64,000 nt of DNA from Promethearchaeia archaeon (GCA_029856155.1 JAHQWL010000023.1:128001-192000); one strand, 5' to 3'; positions 1-11,578 are shown, numbered from the stretch's first letter. The notes: a model not told the origin generated them from the letters alone. Program-made: numbers and translations.

Positions 1-1575
1 CAAGTTTCTGATGTGATTATTACAGTTCCAGCATATTTTAATGATAATCAAAGACAAGCTACAAAAGATGCAGGAAAGATTGCAGGATTGAATGTGAAAC
101 GTTTAATTAACGAACCTACTGCCGCAGCAGTAGCTTATGGATTAGATAAGAAAAATGCAAGGCTAAAAATCGCGGTACTGGATCTTGGCGGTGGTACTTT
201 TGATGTCACGATAATGGAAATGGACAATCAAGTTTTTGAAGTGATTTCTACAGCAGGGGATACTCAGTTAGGAGGTACAGATATGGATAAAATTCTTGTT
301 GATTATATAGTTTCTGAGTTTCAGAAAGATCAAGGTGTAGATTTAAGAGGAGATTCTATGGCAATGCAACGAGTTAAAGAAGCAGCAGAAAAAGCTAAAA
401 TTGAATTATCTACATCGATTACAACTGATATTAATTTACCTTATATTACCGCAACTAAAGAAGGTCCAAAGCATCTTAATATGTCTCTAACAAGAGCCAA
501 ATTGGAGCAACTCATTGAACCGGTATTAAAAAGGTTGGATACTTCAATCTTAAAAGCTTTACAAGACGCTGGAATGGCAAGAGGAGAAATTGATAAGATT
601 ATTTTAGTTGGTGGACCAACTAGAATGCCCATTATACAGAAGAAATTCGAAGATTTACTAGGTAAAACTCCAGAGCGCAGTATTGATCCAATGGAATGTG
701 TTGCGATGGGTGCTTCAGTTCAAGGTGGAGTATTAACTGGTGAGGTTGAGGATTTATTATTACTCGATGTTACACCTTTATCATTAGGAGTTGAGACTTT
801 AGGTGGAGTTTTTACGAAATTAATTGAAAGAAATACCACAATTCCTACCAAAAAGGCTGAAACTTTCTCAACTGCAGCTGATAATCAACCCGCAGTAGAA
901 ATTCATGTACTACAAGGTGAAAGACCAAGAGCAGTAGATAATATAACATTAGGAAAGTTTCATTTGAATGGTATTCCACCAGCTCCAAGGGGAATACCAC
1001 AGATCGAAGTCACATTTGATATTGACCAAAATGGAATTCTTAATGTTTCAGCGAAAGATAAAGGCACTGGAAAAAGTCAGTCAATAACAATTACTGCATC
1101 TACTAAGATGTCTGATAATGATATTGAACAAAAAATTCGAGAAGCAGAGAGAAACGCTGAAGAAGATCGAAAATTTCAAGAATTAACTGAAGCTAAAAAC
1201 CATGGAGAATCATTAATATACCAAAGTGAAAAACTAATGAAAGAAAATGAAGCTGTAATTGGAGATTTAAAATCAACAATACTTAACAAGATCTCTGATT
1301 TAAGAAGTGCGATGGAATCTGAGGATGTAAGTCGAATTAAAAATGCTACAGAAGCTTTACAGAATTCATTACATGAAGTTTCATCTCGAATATATGGACA
1401 ACAACAAGGTTCTTATCAAGGAGCATATCAAGGTGCACCACCTGGAGGTATGGGAGATGTCCCACCGGGTGCAGCATATGGATCTCAAGGAAAAACTCAA
1501 GATGAAATCGAAGAAGAACAATTCAGAAGAGCAACAGGCCAAGATGACAATGTAGTAGACGCTGAGTATGACTAA
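1..1575 (+). CDS. dnaK: Chaperone DnaK (Hsp70), 5' end outside the window
   Basis: [27 protein letters not shown] and [10 protein letters not shown] motifs; frame is open from base 1; bacterial-type VVDAEYD tail. Confidence 0.98.
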   Translation, partial: QVSDVIITVPAYFNDNQRQATKDAGKIAGLNVKRLINEPTAAAVAYGLDKKNARLKIAVLDLGGGTFDVTIMEMDNQVFEVISTAGDTQLGGTDMDKILVDYIVSEFQKDQGVDLRGDSMAMQRVKEAAEKAKIELSTSITTDINLPYITATKEGPKHLNMSLTRAKLEQLIEPVLKRLDTSILKALQDAGMARGEIDKIILVGGPTRMPIIQKKFEDLLGKTPERSIDPMECVAMGASVQGGVLTGEVEDLLLLDVTPLSLGVETLGGVFTKLIERNTTIPTKKAETFSTAADNQPAVEIHVLQGERPRAVDNITLGKFHLNGIPPAPRGIPQIEVTFDIDQNGILNVSAKDKGTGKSQSITITASTKMSDNDIEQKIREAERNAEEDRKFQELTEAKNHGESLIYQSEKLMKENEAVIGDLKSTILNKISDLRSAMESEDVSRIKNATEALQNSLHEVSSRIYGQQQGSYQGAYQGAPPGGMGDVPPGAAYGSQGKTQDEIEEEQFRRATGQDDNVVDAEYD

Positions 1576-1581
1576 CTTAGG

Positions 1582-1606
1582 TTTTTTTTTTATTTTTTTA
1601 TTTTTA
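1582..1606 (+). terminator. Oligo-T tract, putative archaeal intrinsic terminator
   Basis: T10 followed by further T runs directly after the dnaK stop. Confidence 0.55.
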
Positions 1607-1660
1607 CAAATTCACATTTATCAAATTATTATTCACGTATATAAGAAAAGGTTGTAAAAT

Positions 1661-2671
1661 ATGGCAAAGGATTATTATAAATTATTAGGAATAAATAAAG
1701 GTGCTTCAAAAGAGGAAATTAAAAGAGCCTTTCGAAAAATGGCTCGTAAATATCATCCTGATGTTAATCCAGACGAATCAAAATCGGGAGAGAAATTTAA
1801 GGAGATCAACGAGGCATATACAATTTTAAACGATGATAAAAAAAGGGATATGTATGATAGATTTGGTGTTGTAGAAGGTGATACTTCTACATATCAGAAT
1901 AGGGGTGGATCTCCTGGAAGTGATAGAGTTCGTCAAAGTCCAGACGGTACAACCTATTATTATTCTACATCGGGTTCACCTGGAGGATTTGATTTTAGTG
2001 AAATTTTCGGAAATCATAATAATTCAGGGAGTAGGAGTGGTGGATTCGATTTTTTTAATGATTTAGGCGATATTTTTGATGTTTTTAATAGGGGGGGTCA
2101 AGGGAGTACAAGAGCAAGATCTCCCAATTATAATAATACTCCAAGAGAAGGAGATGATTTAAGATACGATATGGAAATAGATTTTATGGATGCCTTTAAT
2201 GGAGGGAAGAAAACAGTTCAATATAAGGATCCCACAACTGGTCAAATGAAGTCGTTAAATGTAACCATTCCAAGAGGTATAAAGGACGATCAAAAATTAC
2301 GTCTAAAAGGGAAAGGTATGCTTGGAGAAAATGGAGGTTCTCAAGGAGATCTCTACATAGCTATACATATAAGAAATCATCCAAAATTCGAAAGAAAAGA
2401 TGATGATATATATATTGAACAAGAAGTTCCTTTTACAACCGCAGCACTCGGAGGAAAAATTCAAGTCTCTGGTGTTGAAAATTCTTTAAATGTAACAATT
2501 CCTCCGGGAACTAATGATTCATCATTATTAAGATTAAAAAATCAGGGTTTTTATAAAATAAATTCAAATCAAAGAGGAAATTTAATGGTTAAAATCAAAA
2601 TTAAGGTCCCAAAGAAATTGAATAGGAATCAGAAGGAGTTATTAGAAAAATTACAAATTTTAGGTGTTTAA
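1661..2671 (+). CDS. dnaJ: DnaJ-class co-chaperone, class B/CbpA-like (no Zn finger)
   Basis: J domain with HPD, G/F-rich linker with DIF, C-terminal domain; no CxxCxGxG repeats. Confidence 0.93.
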   Translation: MAKDYYKLLGINKGASKEEIKRAFRKMARKYHPDVNPDESKSGEKFKEINEAYTILNDDKKRDMYDRFGVVEGDTSTYQNRGGSPGSDRVRQSPDGTTYYYSTSGSPGGFDFSEIFGNHNNSGSRSGGFDFFNDLGDIFDVFNRGGQGSTRARSPNYNNTPREGDDLRYDMEIDFMDAFNGGKKTVQYKDPTTGQMKSLNVTIPRGIKDDQKLRLKGKGMLGENGGSQGDLYIAIHIRNHPKFERKDDDIYIEQEVPFTTAALGGKIQVSGVENSLNVTIPPGTNDSSLLRLKNQGFYKINSNQRGNLMVKIKIKVPKKLNRNQKELLEKLQILGV

Positions 2672-2772
2672 TCATTATTAAGAAAAGAAAAAGTGAAAAT
2701 ATTGATATAATAATAATTGGTCTACAATTGTTTTATAATTTTAAATAAAATTAGTATATTGAGGTTATTAAA

Positions 2773-3672
2773 ATGGGGTTAAATACTAAAAATAACGTTT
2801 TATTAAATCTTTGTCCCGAATGTGGGGGATCAATAATTCCATTGATGAATACTGGAGATATTGTATGTAATCAGTGTGGATTAGTTATTAATGAAAAAAG
2901 TGTTGATTTTTCGCATAAAGGGAGGAGAGCATATACTAATCAAGAAAAAAATAATAGAGAGCAAACTGGTGCTCCAATTTCGGTATTATTACCAGATATG
3001 GGATTAAGTACTGTTATAGACAGAAATAAAATAAGTAATCCTGATTTAAAAAGAGCTGCTAAATGGAATACGCGTATAACCTGGCAAAAGAGAAATTTAT
3101 TAATAGCATCTACAGAATTAAAAAGAATTAGCACTAATTTGAATTTACCAAATTATGTAAGAGAGGATGGAATGCGCTTATATAAGGAAGCTTTTAAAAA
3201 AAAATTGTTACGAGGAAGATCCATCAATGCAATGGTTGCTGCGTGCTTATATTTAGCATGTAGAAGAAAGCAAATTCCAAGAACACTTCAAGAAATAACA
3301 AATGAAGCATCAGCAAATGCTAAAGATGTAAGGAGAAGTTATACTACCTTAATTAGGGAATTTAATTTAAAATCTCCATCAACAGATCCATTATCTCTTA
3401 TTCCAAGATATATCAATGAGTTAGGATTAAATTCAGAAATAGAACAATTAACAACTAAAATTTTAAAAGCTTATAGTTTAAAATTTTCAATTAGTGGAAA
3501 AGACCCAAAGGGCTTATGTGCTGGGGCAATATATTTAGCTTGCAGAATTAAGAATAAAGAAATTACACAACAACAAATTGTAGAATCAGTCCAGGTAACA
3601 GAAGTAACTCTTCGTTCAAGATATAAAGAACTGAAAACTAAATTAAAAATTACTGTACCCACATTAAATTAA
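2773..3672 (+). CDS. tfb: Transcription initiation factor IIB (TFB paralog)
   Basis: CPECG...CNQCG Zn ribbon, LLRGRSI, AACLYLACR, GKDPKGLCAGAIY, VTEVTLRSRYKEL. Confidence 0.96.
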   Translation: MGLNTKNNVLLNLCPECGGSIIPLMNTGDIVCNQCGLVINEKSVDFSHKGRRAYTNQEKNNREQTGAPISVLLPDMGLSTVIDRNKISNPDLKRAAKWNTRITWQKRNLLIASTELKRISTNLNLPNYVREDGMRLYKEAFKKKLLRGRSINAMVAACLYLACRRKQIPRTLQEITNEASANAKDVRRSYTTLIREFNLKSPSTDPLSLIPRYINELGLNSEIEQLTTKILKAYSLKFSISGKDPKGLCAGAIYLACRIKNKEITQQQIVESVQVTEVTLRSRYKELKTKLKITVPTLN

Positions 3673-3898
3673 AAAAATTTATTTTCTATTTATTCGTTTA
3701 TTTCATAGTTTTTTCTAATTCAGGTACAAATCAATAAAGAAACACATTTTTTTATCCAATTTCTTCTCATATATTCTTTTTAATGCTAATTTCAATATTA
3801 ATTTTAAATTATCTTTAGGCATCCATATTTATACTAGTATAGATATTTCATTATCAATACATAGTTTAAGTTTTAACTAAACTCATTTTGATAGAACC

Positions 3899-4879
3899 AT
3901 GGTTTCTTATAAAGAATTAGGATTATTAAATACAAAAAAAATGTTTGAAGTTGCTCTAGAGAGAAAGTTTGCGGTACCCGGATATAATTTTAGCAATTTA
4001 GAACAATTGCAGGCTATTATTATAGGTTGTGGAGAAAGTAAATCCCCGGTGATACTTCAAAATAGTCCCGAAGCAGGAGAGTACGCAAATCGCGTAATGG
4101 TTAGATATTTAGTAGAAGGCGCAGTAGCGATGGCAAAGAGTTTGGGTTATGATATCCCAATTGCATTACATCTGGATCATGGAAATTCATTTGAATTAGC
4201 AAAAATCTGTATAGATAATGGTTTTTCAAGTGTCATGTTTGACGGAAGTCATTTAGAATATGAAGAAAACATTAACATCACAAAAAAAATTGTTTCTTAC
4301 GCTCACGAAAGAGAAATAAGTGTAGAATCAGAATTAGGAGTTATTGCAGGTATTGAAGGACATGTAGAAGCGACCGAACATTTCTATACTGACCCCGATC
4401 AAGTAGAAGATTTCGTAAATAGTACTGGTTGTGATTCACTAGCAATTGCTATTGGAACTTCTCATGGAGCCTATAAATTTAAAGTAGAAAAAGAGGAAGA
4501 TATCCCAGAATTACGATTTGATATACTTCAAGAAGTTAGAAAACGTTTAGGAAAGTTTCCAATCGTTCTGCATGGTTCATCATCCATACCTCAAAAATAC
4601 GCTAACATAATTAATGAATTTGGAGGGACTTTATCAAAAGCATTTGGAATACCTGAAGCTCAATTAAGGAAAGCAACTCAATATGGGGTCTGTAAAATCA
4701 ATATTGCCACAGATAGTCGAATGGTTTTTACAGCGATGATAAGAAAATATTTAGCAGAGCATCCAGATCAAATTGGTCCAAGAAAATATTTAGGTTTAGC
4801 TCGTCAAGAGCTTATCGAAATGATAAAACAAAGAAATAGAGATACATTAGGATCAGCAGATCAAGCAAATTATATTTAA
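3899..4879 (+). CDS. fba: Class II fructose-1,6-bisphosphate aldolase
   Basis: HLDHG, SVMFDGS, ESELG, AIGTSHG, VLHGSS and KINIATD motifs. Confidence 0.93.
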   Translation: MVSYKELGLLNTKKMFEVALERKFAVPGYNFSNLEQLQAIIIGCGESKSPVILQNSPEAGEYANRVMVRYLVEGAVAMAKSLGYDIPIALHLDHGNSFELAKICIDNGFSSVMFDGSHLEYEENINITKKIVSYAHEREISVESELGVIAGIEGHVEATEHFYTDPDQVEDFVNSTGCDSLAIAIGTSHGAYKFKVEKEEDIPELRFDILQEVRKRLGKFPIVLHGSSSIPQKYANIINEFGGTLSKAFGIPEAQLRKATQYGVCKINIATDSRMVFTAMIRKYLAEHPDQIGPRKYLGLARQELIEMIKQRNRDTLGSADQANYI

Positions 4880-4890
4880 GAAAAAAATTT

Positions 4891-5160
4891 TTACCCTTTT
4901 TCAATAACTATTCCTGTACCACCTTTAGGATATTGAAATTGAATTGCACCAGCATCACATACTTGATAACAAGCAGCACATTCTAAGCATTTCGATTGAT
5001 AGTCGTCCATAATACAGATTTTTCCTTCTCTTTTTCGCCATAAATTCATAACGCATATAATTAAACAACGTTCACAGTTATTACATTTATTATGATCTAT
5101 CGAAATGAAGTTCCCTGTGCCTAAAATTCGTTTAGTTAAGCCTTCTAATTCTATATTCAT
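4891..5160 (-). CDS. Ferredoxin-like protein (FixX-type)
   Basis: CNNCERCLIIC and CLECAACYQVC; YPKGGTGI tail typical of FixX; 5 nt downstream of the FixC-like gene. Confidence 0.85.
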   Translation of the reverse strand: MNIELEGLTKRILGTGNFISIDHNKCNNCERCLIICVMNLWRKREGKICIMDDYQSKCLECAACYQVCDAGAIQFQYPKGGTGIVIEKG

Positions 5161-5165
5161 TTTTG

Positions 5166-6566
5166 TTAAACACCTTTTTTTTTCTTTTTCTGTGGTAACA
5201 TATCCAAAAGTTTAGGTAGCACTTTCATAATCTTCTTAGGATCCATTAATTTATCTAAATCATCTTCAAAAACCTTTGTTAATAGAGGAAATATATATGC
5301 CATTATAAATGGCGTCGCTTTAGGCATATATGACCTTATATGACTTATTATTTGACGCACCCTTAAAGCGTGAGGTTGTGACCAGTCAAATATTCCTCCA
5401 AGAATTTCCATTATCATTGGTACAAACCAAGACATAGTTTCTTTTGGACTAAATGGTAGGGCTTTCCAAATATTCCATAACTCAAACCCAGCCTCAAACT
5501 CTTGTCCAATACTAGTTTGTTGCCACTTCTCATCAAATTTTTTGAGTGTTGATTTAGACACATCTTCGGATGATATTACTTCAGAAGCTACTTCTGCTGC
5601 AATCTTTCCCGTAACCATAGCGGGATATATCCCTTCAGCCTCCAGAGGACATGGAAACCCACCAGCATCTCCAATTAATATAACACCATCAGCATGAGTA
5701 TTATTAGGAAAATCTAACCAAGGAAGTAGATGAACTTGAAGTTCACGTGGTTTAGCATCGAGAATCTTTAATAATCTTTGATAGTATTTTAGATTAATTA
5801 CACGATTTAAATAATATAATGGATTACTATCCCACCAATTCATCCAGTTTCCTAATCCTTGATGAAACCCATCATTAAAGAAAACTTGATATGAAGCTGG
5901 AAAGTTTGAACCCCACCATACACCTAATGTTTCATCACCCATAATATCATCAATTCTGTCCGAAGGTGCTTGAAAATCGTATTGCGGTACTAATGTAACT
6001 TGATTTTGAGCCCATTTATTTCTCAATCCAGATTTTTGCGCTACAGTTGATATGACTCCGTCTGCTCCAATAACAAGTGGAGCTCTATATTTCTCTCCGT
6101 TTTCATCAATTACACCACACACTTTGCCACTATCCTTTAATAAATCAACAATTAATGTTGAAACTGTTAATTTTGCGCCAGCATCCGTTGCAAATTTAGC
6201 AATCCAAGGATCAAACTCACTACGATAAACATTCATAGTAATCCAGGATTTTGCGGGTTCATATGAAACGGATTCTGTCGGTCTTGCCATAATATAACCC
6301 GCTACAATGTCATCTTTATTTACAAAATAATTACGCGAGGCAGTTCCAGCTCTCATTGAAGGACATTTATCAGGAGTTAATTCATTCATCATTTCAGGAA
6401 AGTCTCTAAACATGCGTGGTCCTAAACCGCACCCTGAAGAATTTTTTTCGCCTGGTTTACGACTTCGTTCAAAAAAAATTGTTTTTAATCCTTTTTCTGC
6501 TGCAGTTTTCGCCGCCATCGAACCTCCAGGTCCAGCACCAACTATTATTAAATCAAAATCTTTCAT
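5166..6566 (-). CDS. FAD-dependent oxidoreductase, FixC/geranylgeranyl reductase family
   Basis: IVGAGPGG, RSEFDPW, IGADG, IGDAGG..EGIYPAM; start set at MKDFD, which follows an AAGGA element. Confidence 0.85.
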   Translation of the reverse strand: MKDFDLIIVGAGPGGSMAAKTAAEKGLKTIFFERSRKPGEKNSSGCGLGPRMFRDFPEMMNELTPDKCPSMRAGTASRNYFVNKDDIVAGYIMARPTESVSYEPAKSWITMNVYRSEFDPWIAKFATDAGAKLTVSTLIVDLLKDSGKVCGVIDENGEKYRAPLVIGADGVISTVAQKSGLRNKWAQNQVTLVPQYDFQAPSDRIDDIMGDETLGVWWGSNFPASYQVFFNDGFHQGLGNWMNWWDSNPLYYLNRVINLKYYQRLLKILDAKPRELQVHLLPWLDFPNNTHADGVILIGDAGGFPCPLEAEGIYPAMVTGKIAAEVASEVISSEDVSKSTLKKFDEKWQQTSIGQEFEAGFELWNIWKALPFSPKETMSWFVPMIMEILGGIFDWSQPHALRVRQIISHIRSYMPKATPFIMAYIFPLLTKVFEDDLDKLMDPKKIMKVLPKLLDMLPQKKKKKGV

Positions 6567-6713
6567 TTGAATTTCCTTTTTAAACATCTTTTAGATAGAA
6601 TATTTATTTTATAATGCTCATAAGATATTTAAAAATTTAGTTTTCTAGATGAAAACATCTTAATAGAGAGAAATATTTTAAGAAGAAAGGATTTTTTTTC
6701 TTACTTTATAAAT

Positions 6714-8177
6714 ATGAGTGAAGAACAGATTTATCAAGAATTAGTTAAAATCTGCGGTTCCAAGTTTATTTCAAATGAGCCAGAGTTATTGAATGATTAT
6801 TCTGTTGATTTAAGTTTGGTTGAAGGGAAAAAGCCAAAATATGTAGTATGGTTATCAAAAGCAAAACAAATTAAAAAAATCTTAAAATTAGCAAACTCAC
6901 TAAGATTTTCAGTTATTCCAGTAAGTTCTAGCTCACCAATACGTTATCATGGAGATACAATTCCACAAAAAGATAATTGTATTATTGTTGATCTTTCCAG
7001 AATGAATAAAATCCTCAATATTGATAGAAAAAATAGAGTTATCATGGTTGAACCTGGTGTGGTATTTGGTCAATTACTTCCAATTCTTAAAAAGAAAGGT
7101 TTAAGGTTAATTCAACCCCTTCATCCACGAGATGGTAAATCTGTACTAACAGCAGCTCTAGAAAGAGTACCAACCACAATTCCTCGTTATCAATGGGATA
7201 GTTCAGATCCTTTATTATGTACTGAGGTCATTTTTGGAACGGGTGATCTTTTTAGAACTGGTACTGCCGCGGGTCCCGGAACTATTAAGGAACAGAGAAA
7301 GTCTGGTCAAGCTCAAGTTAATCCAATGGGCCCAACACAATTCAGCCCTTACAGATTGGTTCAAGGAGCTCAAGGAAGTTTAGGAATAATCACATGGGCT
7401 ACTCTCAAATTAGAATTAAAACCCACGATTCAAAAAGTTTTTCATCTACAATCGGATAATCTGCTAGATTTATTGAATCTTCAACATCAATTATTAAAAT
7501 ACCGATTAGGTGATGAAATGTTAATTTTAAATAACATTAATTTAGCATGTTTAGTTAAACAGAAATTGGAAGATATTAAAGAGTTAACCAATTCATTAAC
7601 TGAATGGAACTTAATTTTTATTTTAGCAGGTCGTGGTAAATTAGCAAGTGATAAAATATCTTATCAAGAAGGAGATATACAACAGATTATTGAAGATCTT
7701 AAACTTGATCATTTGAAAAGAGTAAGTCCTATTACTGATAGTGAAATTAATTATGCTTTAAATGAGTCAATTTCATATCCATGGCGAAAGAGATTAAAGG
7801 GTAGCTTTCAAGATATTTTCTTTATCACTAGTTATGAAAAAATTTATAAGTTTATCAATATAGTTCAGAATGCAATTTCTGGAGATCTCGGTATATATAT
7901 TCAAGCTATAAATCAAGGAACCTCTTATCATTGCGAATTTGATCTTTATTACAATCCAAATAATAAAGTAGAGTCAAGTTTGATAAAAGAAAAGTTTTTA
8001 AAACTTAGTTTAGAATTAATGGAATCAGGAGCATTTTTCAGTCGTCCCTATGGTGTTTGGGCAAAAGAAGTATTTAAGAGACATGAAGATTCTACTCGAA
8101 TTGCCTTAAAAAAAGTAAAAAGAATTTTTGATCCTAACAATATCTTAAATCCTGGAGTTTTATGTTTTGATGAGTAG
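6714..8177 (+). CDS. FAD-binding oxidoreductase (VAO/GlcD-like)
   Basis: VDLSRMNKI, VEPGV, GAQGSLGIIT, C-terminal FDPNNILNPG. Confidence 0.88.
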   Translation: MSEEQIYQELVKICGSKFISNEPELLNDYSVDLSLVEGKKPKYVVWLSKAKQIKKILKLANSLRFSVIPVSSSSPIRYHGDTIPQKDNCIIVDLSRMNKILNIDRKNRVIMVEPGVVFGQLLPILKKKGLRLIQPLHPRDGKSVLTAALERVPTTIPRYQWDSSDPLLCTEVIFGTGDLFRTGTAAGPGTIKEQRKSGQAQVNPMGPTQFSPYRLVQGAQGSLGIITWATLKLELKPTIQKVFHLQSDNLLDLLNLQHQLLKYRLGDEMLILNNINLACLVKQKLEDIKELTNSLTEWNLIFILAGRGKLASDKISYQEGDIQQIIEDLKLDHLKRVSPITDSEINYALNESISYPWRKRLKGSFQDIFFITSYEKIYKFINIVQNAISGDLGIYIQAINQGTSYHCEFDLYYNPNNKVESSLIKEKFLKLSLELMESGAFFSRPYGVWAKEVFKRHEDSTRIALKKVKRIFDPNNILNPGVLCFDE

Positions 8178-8262
8178 TAGAACTAATATAAAAAAAAATT
8201 AAATTCAATTTAAGGAAGCTTTAAATAAGTTAAATGTAATAAAAAGAGGAGTTTAAAGATTT

Positions 8263-9567
8263 TTGAATGAACAAGAATATAAACTGATGATAAAACGATG
8301 TCTTCGGTGCTCGATATGTAAATGGATACCACAGCTACAAATAAAAAGTCAAAAATATTCTACTATTTGTCCTTCAATAGATATGTTTAACTTTCATGCA
8401 TATAGCGCTGGAGGGCGTATAATTATAGCTTTAGCATTGGAAATGGGAAGAATTAAACCCTCCAAAGACTTAATGGATATCGTTTATAAATGTACTGAAT
8501 GTGGAGGTTGTGCTGTCGCTTGTAAGTTTTTAAATACTTTAGAACCCCTTGAAATCATAGTTAAACTCAGAGAAAAATTGGTTTCTTTAGGATATGGACC
8601 AATGCCAAAACAGCAACAATATATCGAATCTATTAAAAATTATAATAATCCTTATAATGAACCTCATGAAAAGAGGTTAGATTGGTTACCAAATGATATC
8701 AAGATTGATCCTAATGCAAAAACCTTATATTTTGTAGGATGCACCTCATCGTACAGGAGAAAAGAAATAGCGATTGCTACTGCTCGTGTAATGAATGCCG
8801 CGAACTATCCATTTAAAATTCTTGATGGGAATGAATATTGCTGTGGAAGTCCAATCTTGAGAACTGGAGATAAAAAATCATTTAATGAACAAGTACACAA
8901 AAATATTAATATTATTAAAAAAGAAGGAATAGACACTATCGTTTTTAGCTGTGCTGGCTGTTATGACACCTTTAAACTTGAATATACTTTAGAAAAGGAG
9001 TATAATTTTAGAGTATTACATACAACGGAATTATTTAATGAATTAATAGATACTGGAAATTTAAATCTAACAAAAGAACTATCTTTAACAGTAACCTATC
9101 ATGATCCATGTCATTTAGGACGAAACTCCGAACCACTTGTAGAATGGGACGGTGATGCATTACAAATGATGCCTCTTGTATCTATTAATATGCCTGAAAA
9201 ACCAAAGAGATGTGGGGCATTTGGAATTTATGATGCTCCAAGATATTTGCTAGAAAAAATACCCGGGCTCAAGTTAATAGAAATGGAAAGAATTAGAGAA
9301 TATTCCTATTGTTGTGGTGCTGGAGGAGGTGTAAAATCGGCATTTCCAGAGTTTGCTCTCAAAACTGCTATAACTCGGATTGAAGAAGCTGAAGAAACTG
9401 GAGCAGAAATAATTGCTTCTGCATGCCCTTTTTGCTCTACAAATTTAAATGATGGAATTGTTGAAAAAGGCTCTAATCTAAAGTTTCATGATATAAGTGA
9501 GTTATTATTAATGGCAATAGGATCACCAAATAAATCTGTTAAAGAATCTTCGATGGAGGTTGCTTAA
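8263..9567 (+). CDS. Fe-S oxidoreductase with CCG domains (GlcF/HdrD-like)
   Basis: CLRCSIC, CTECGGCAVAC, EYCCGSP, YHDPCHLGR, CCGAGGG, ACPFC. Confidence 0.9.
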   Translation: MNEQEYKLMIKRCLRCSICKWIPQLQIKSQKYSTICPSIDMFNFHAYSAGGRIIIALALEMGRIKPSKDLMDIVYKCTECGGCAVACKFLNTLEPLEIIVKLREKLVSLGYGPMPKQQQYIESIKNYNNPYNEPHEKRLDWLPNDIKIDPNAKTLYFVGCTSSYRRKEIAIATARVMNAANYPFKILDGNEYCCGSPILRTGDKKSFNEQVHKNINIIKKEGIDTIVFSCAGCYDTFKLEYTLEKEYNFRVLHTTELFNELIDTGNLNLTKELSLTVTYHDPCHLGRNSEPLVEWDGDALQMMPLVSINMPEKPKRCGAFGIYDAPRYLLEKIPGLKLIEMERIREYSYCCGAGGGVKSAFPEFALKTAITRIEEAEETGAEIIASACPFCSTNLNDGIVEKGSNLKFHDISELLLMAIGSPNKSVKESSMEVA

Positions 9568-11136
9568 TTGGTCTTAGAGAAAGAAGCATTTAAAGAATTT
9601 CAGAACGTAGTTGGTGTAGGAAATATCGAAGATGGTAATGTAATAACTAATGTATATGCTTATAACTGGTGTATGGAAATTTTTAATTATATGGAAGGTA
9701 AAGATCCAGTTCCCTTTTCTCCAATTCCTAAAGCGGTTGTTTTACCATCAACTACCGAAGAAGTTCAGCAAGTAGTAAAATTATGTAATAAATACGGCAT
9801 TGTATTCAAAGCTCAAAGTACGGGACTTGGTCCTTGGAATCAACCCTCTGTGGATAATTCAATAATTATAGATCTTCGTAGAATGAATAATATTGTGAAA
9901 ATTGATGAGAAAAACCTATATGCTGTAATTGAACCATATGTGAGTGGATCACAGCTACAAGTTGAAATAATGAAATACGGGCTCAATTGTCACATGCCCG
10001 GTGCAGGACCCCAAGTTTCTCCTCTTGCTAGTGCAACATCTATGAATGGTCCGGGGTTTACATCTCCTTCTACAGGACATAGTGCTAGAAACGTTTTAGC
10101 AGTTGAATGGGTATTACCAGATGGAGAGATTATGAGATTAGGGGCTTACGGTCAAAAAAACAATCCTGATTTTTTTTACGGAGATGGCCCAGGACCGAGT
10201 TTACGTGGCATTATGAGAGGTTGGGCGGGCACAAAATCAGGACTTGGAGTTTTTACTAAAGTTGCAGTAAAGTTATTTCCCTATCCATGTAGTACAGATT
10301 TTAATATTAAAGGTAATTCTCCCGACTATGATTTTGATATTCCTGACTTTATGAAATTATATGTTATGGATTGTGGAAATTTCAAGAAACTAGAAAAAGT
10401 TATGTTGAGGATAGAAGAAGAAGAAATATCATTTATGTGCAGTTATTTATCTGGTTTTGCTGTGATGGCAATTTTTTCCAATTCAATCGAAAGTTTAATG
10501 GATAAAATACCAATAGGGCAGATGAAAACTCCTTTGGTGGTAATAATAACAGCCCGTACAACGCGAGAATTTGCATATAAACAAAAAGTAATGGATTTCT
10601 TACTTAAAAAATTTAAAATAGAAAACATTATTGGAAAAATTTATACTCCAAATCCAATTTTTTATGCTGAAGCACTTCGTTCAAATTTAGGGCTACATGG
10701 TTTTATAGCTACTGGAGGTTTTCAGTCTTCTAAAGGCGTGGCAGATACTGCAGCTGTATGTCTTCGAAGCACTAAATCAAATATTCCCTTGAAGCAGGAA
10801 TTTATCAAGAAAGGAGCGATTGCTAACGATTTTGGGGAGGGTACTTGGATGACATCATATGAATCGGGGCATTATTTTCATATGGAATCCCCTACGATGT
10901 TTGATCAAACTGAAGAAAATAGTGTAAAAGGAATGGCTGAATATATGGAGAAGAGCAATCAATTAGATTTATTAAAACATCTTGGTGCTCCATTCTTCGT
11001 AGAAGGCACACGTATGCATGAGTTGTTTGGACCTCATATGTCTAACTATCATCTATGGTTAAGAAAAATTAAAGAAACTTTTGACCCAAATAATATATCT
11101 GATTCCGGATTTTACATTTCACCACAAAATAAATAA
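9568..11136 (+). CDS. FAD-binding oxidoreductase (VAO/GlcD-like), second paralog
   Basis: AVVLPSTTEEV, DLRRMN, EWVLPDGE, FDPNNISD; TTG start abuts the previous stop, with GGAGG upstream. Confidence 0.88.
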   Translation: MVLEKEAFKEFQNVVGVGNIEDGNVITNVYAYNWCMEIFNYMEGKDPVPFSPIPKAVVLPSTTEEVQQVVKLCNKYGIVFKAQSTGLGPWNQPSVDNSIIIDLRRMNNIVKIDEKNLYAVIEPYVSGSQLQVEIMKYGLNCHMPGAGPQVSPLASATSMNGPGFTSPSTGHSARNVLAVEWVLPDGEIMRLGAYGQKNNPDFFYGDGPGPSLRGIMRGWAGTKSGLGVFTKVAVKLFPYPCSTDFNIKGNSPDYDFDIPDFMKLYVMDCGNFKKLEKVMLRIEEEEISFMCSYLSGFAVMAIFSNSIESLMDKIPIGQMKTPLVVIITARTTREFAYKQKVMDFLLKKFKIENIIGKIYTPNPIFYAEALRSNLGLHGFIATGGFQSSKGVADTAAVCLRSTKSNIPLKQEFIKKGAIANDFGEGTWMTSYESGHYFHMESPTMFDQTEENSVKGMAEYMEKSNQLDLLKHLGAPFFVEGTRMHELFGPHMSNYHLWLRKIKETFDPNNISDSGFYISPQNK

Positions 11137-11161
11137 AAATGATGAATTCAAGAGCAATAAT

Positions 11162-11578
11162 ATGGTAGAATCAAACCAAGAAAATAAAAAAATAAGAGGT
11201 TTCGCAGTGCTAATCAATAGTATTCTAGCACCTCTAAGTGAAAACAAGAGGTTTCAAGATAAATTTAGAAATGTTAATACTAAAATTCTTTTAAATGCTT
11301 CGAATTTAAATCATGCGGCAATTATTATAGTTGATAAGGGATTTGTCAGAGTCGAGAGCATTCCAAATAAACCAAAGGAAAATTTGAATAAGAATAAGGT
11401 TCGTTGGAATGCTTTTTTAGAGATGGATACGCAAACTTTCCTTGCTATTGCTTTGAATCGGCTTTCACTATTTGGAATTGCAAAAAAGTGGTTAACCCGT
11501 GAAATAAAAATGCGTGGAATCAGAAAGTTACTTATTTTATTGAAAATGTTTAGATTTTTAACAAGTTATAACGAGTAG
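11162..11578 (+). CDS. SCP2 sterol/lipid-binding-like domain protein
   Basis: LEMDTQTFLAIA...WLTREIKMRG resembles the SCP2 C-terminal pattern; probable start MVESNQ. Confidence 0.6.
   Translation: MVESNQENKKIRGFAVLINSILAPLSENKRFQDKFRNVNTKILLNASNLNHAAIIIVDKGFVRVESIPNKPKENLNKNKVRWNAFLEMDTQTFLAIALNRLSLFGIAKKWLTREIKMRGIRKLLILLKMFRFLTSYNE

Noticed and set aside
4891-11136. Selenoprotein or SECIS in the redox genes
   Set aside because: No in-frame TGA at Cys positions; the ORFs end in TAA/TAG at expected lengths
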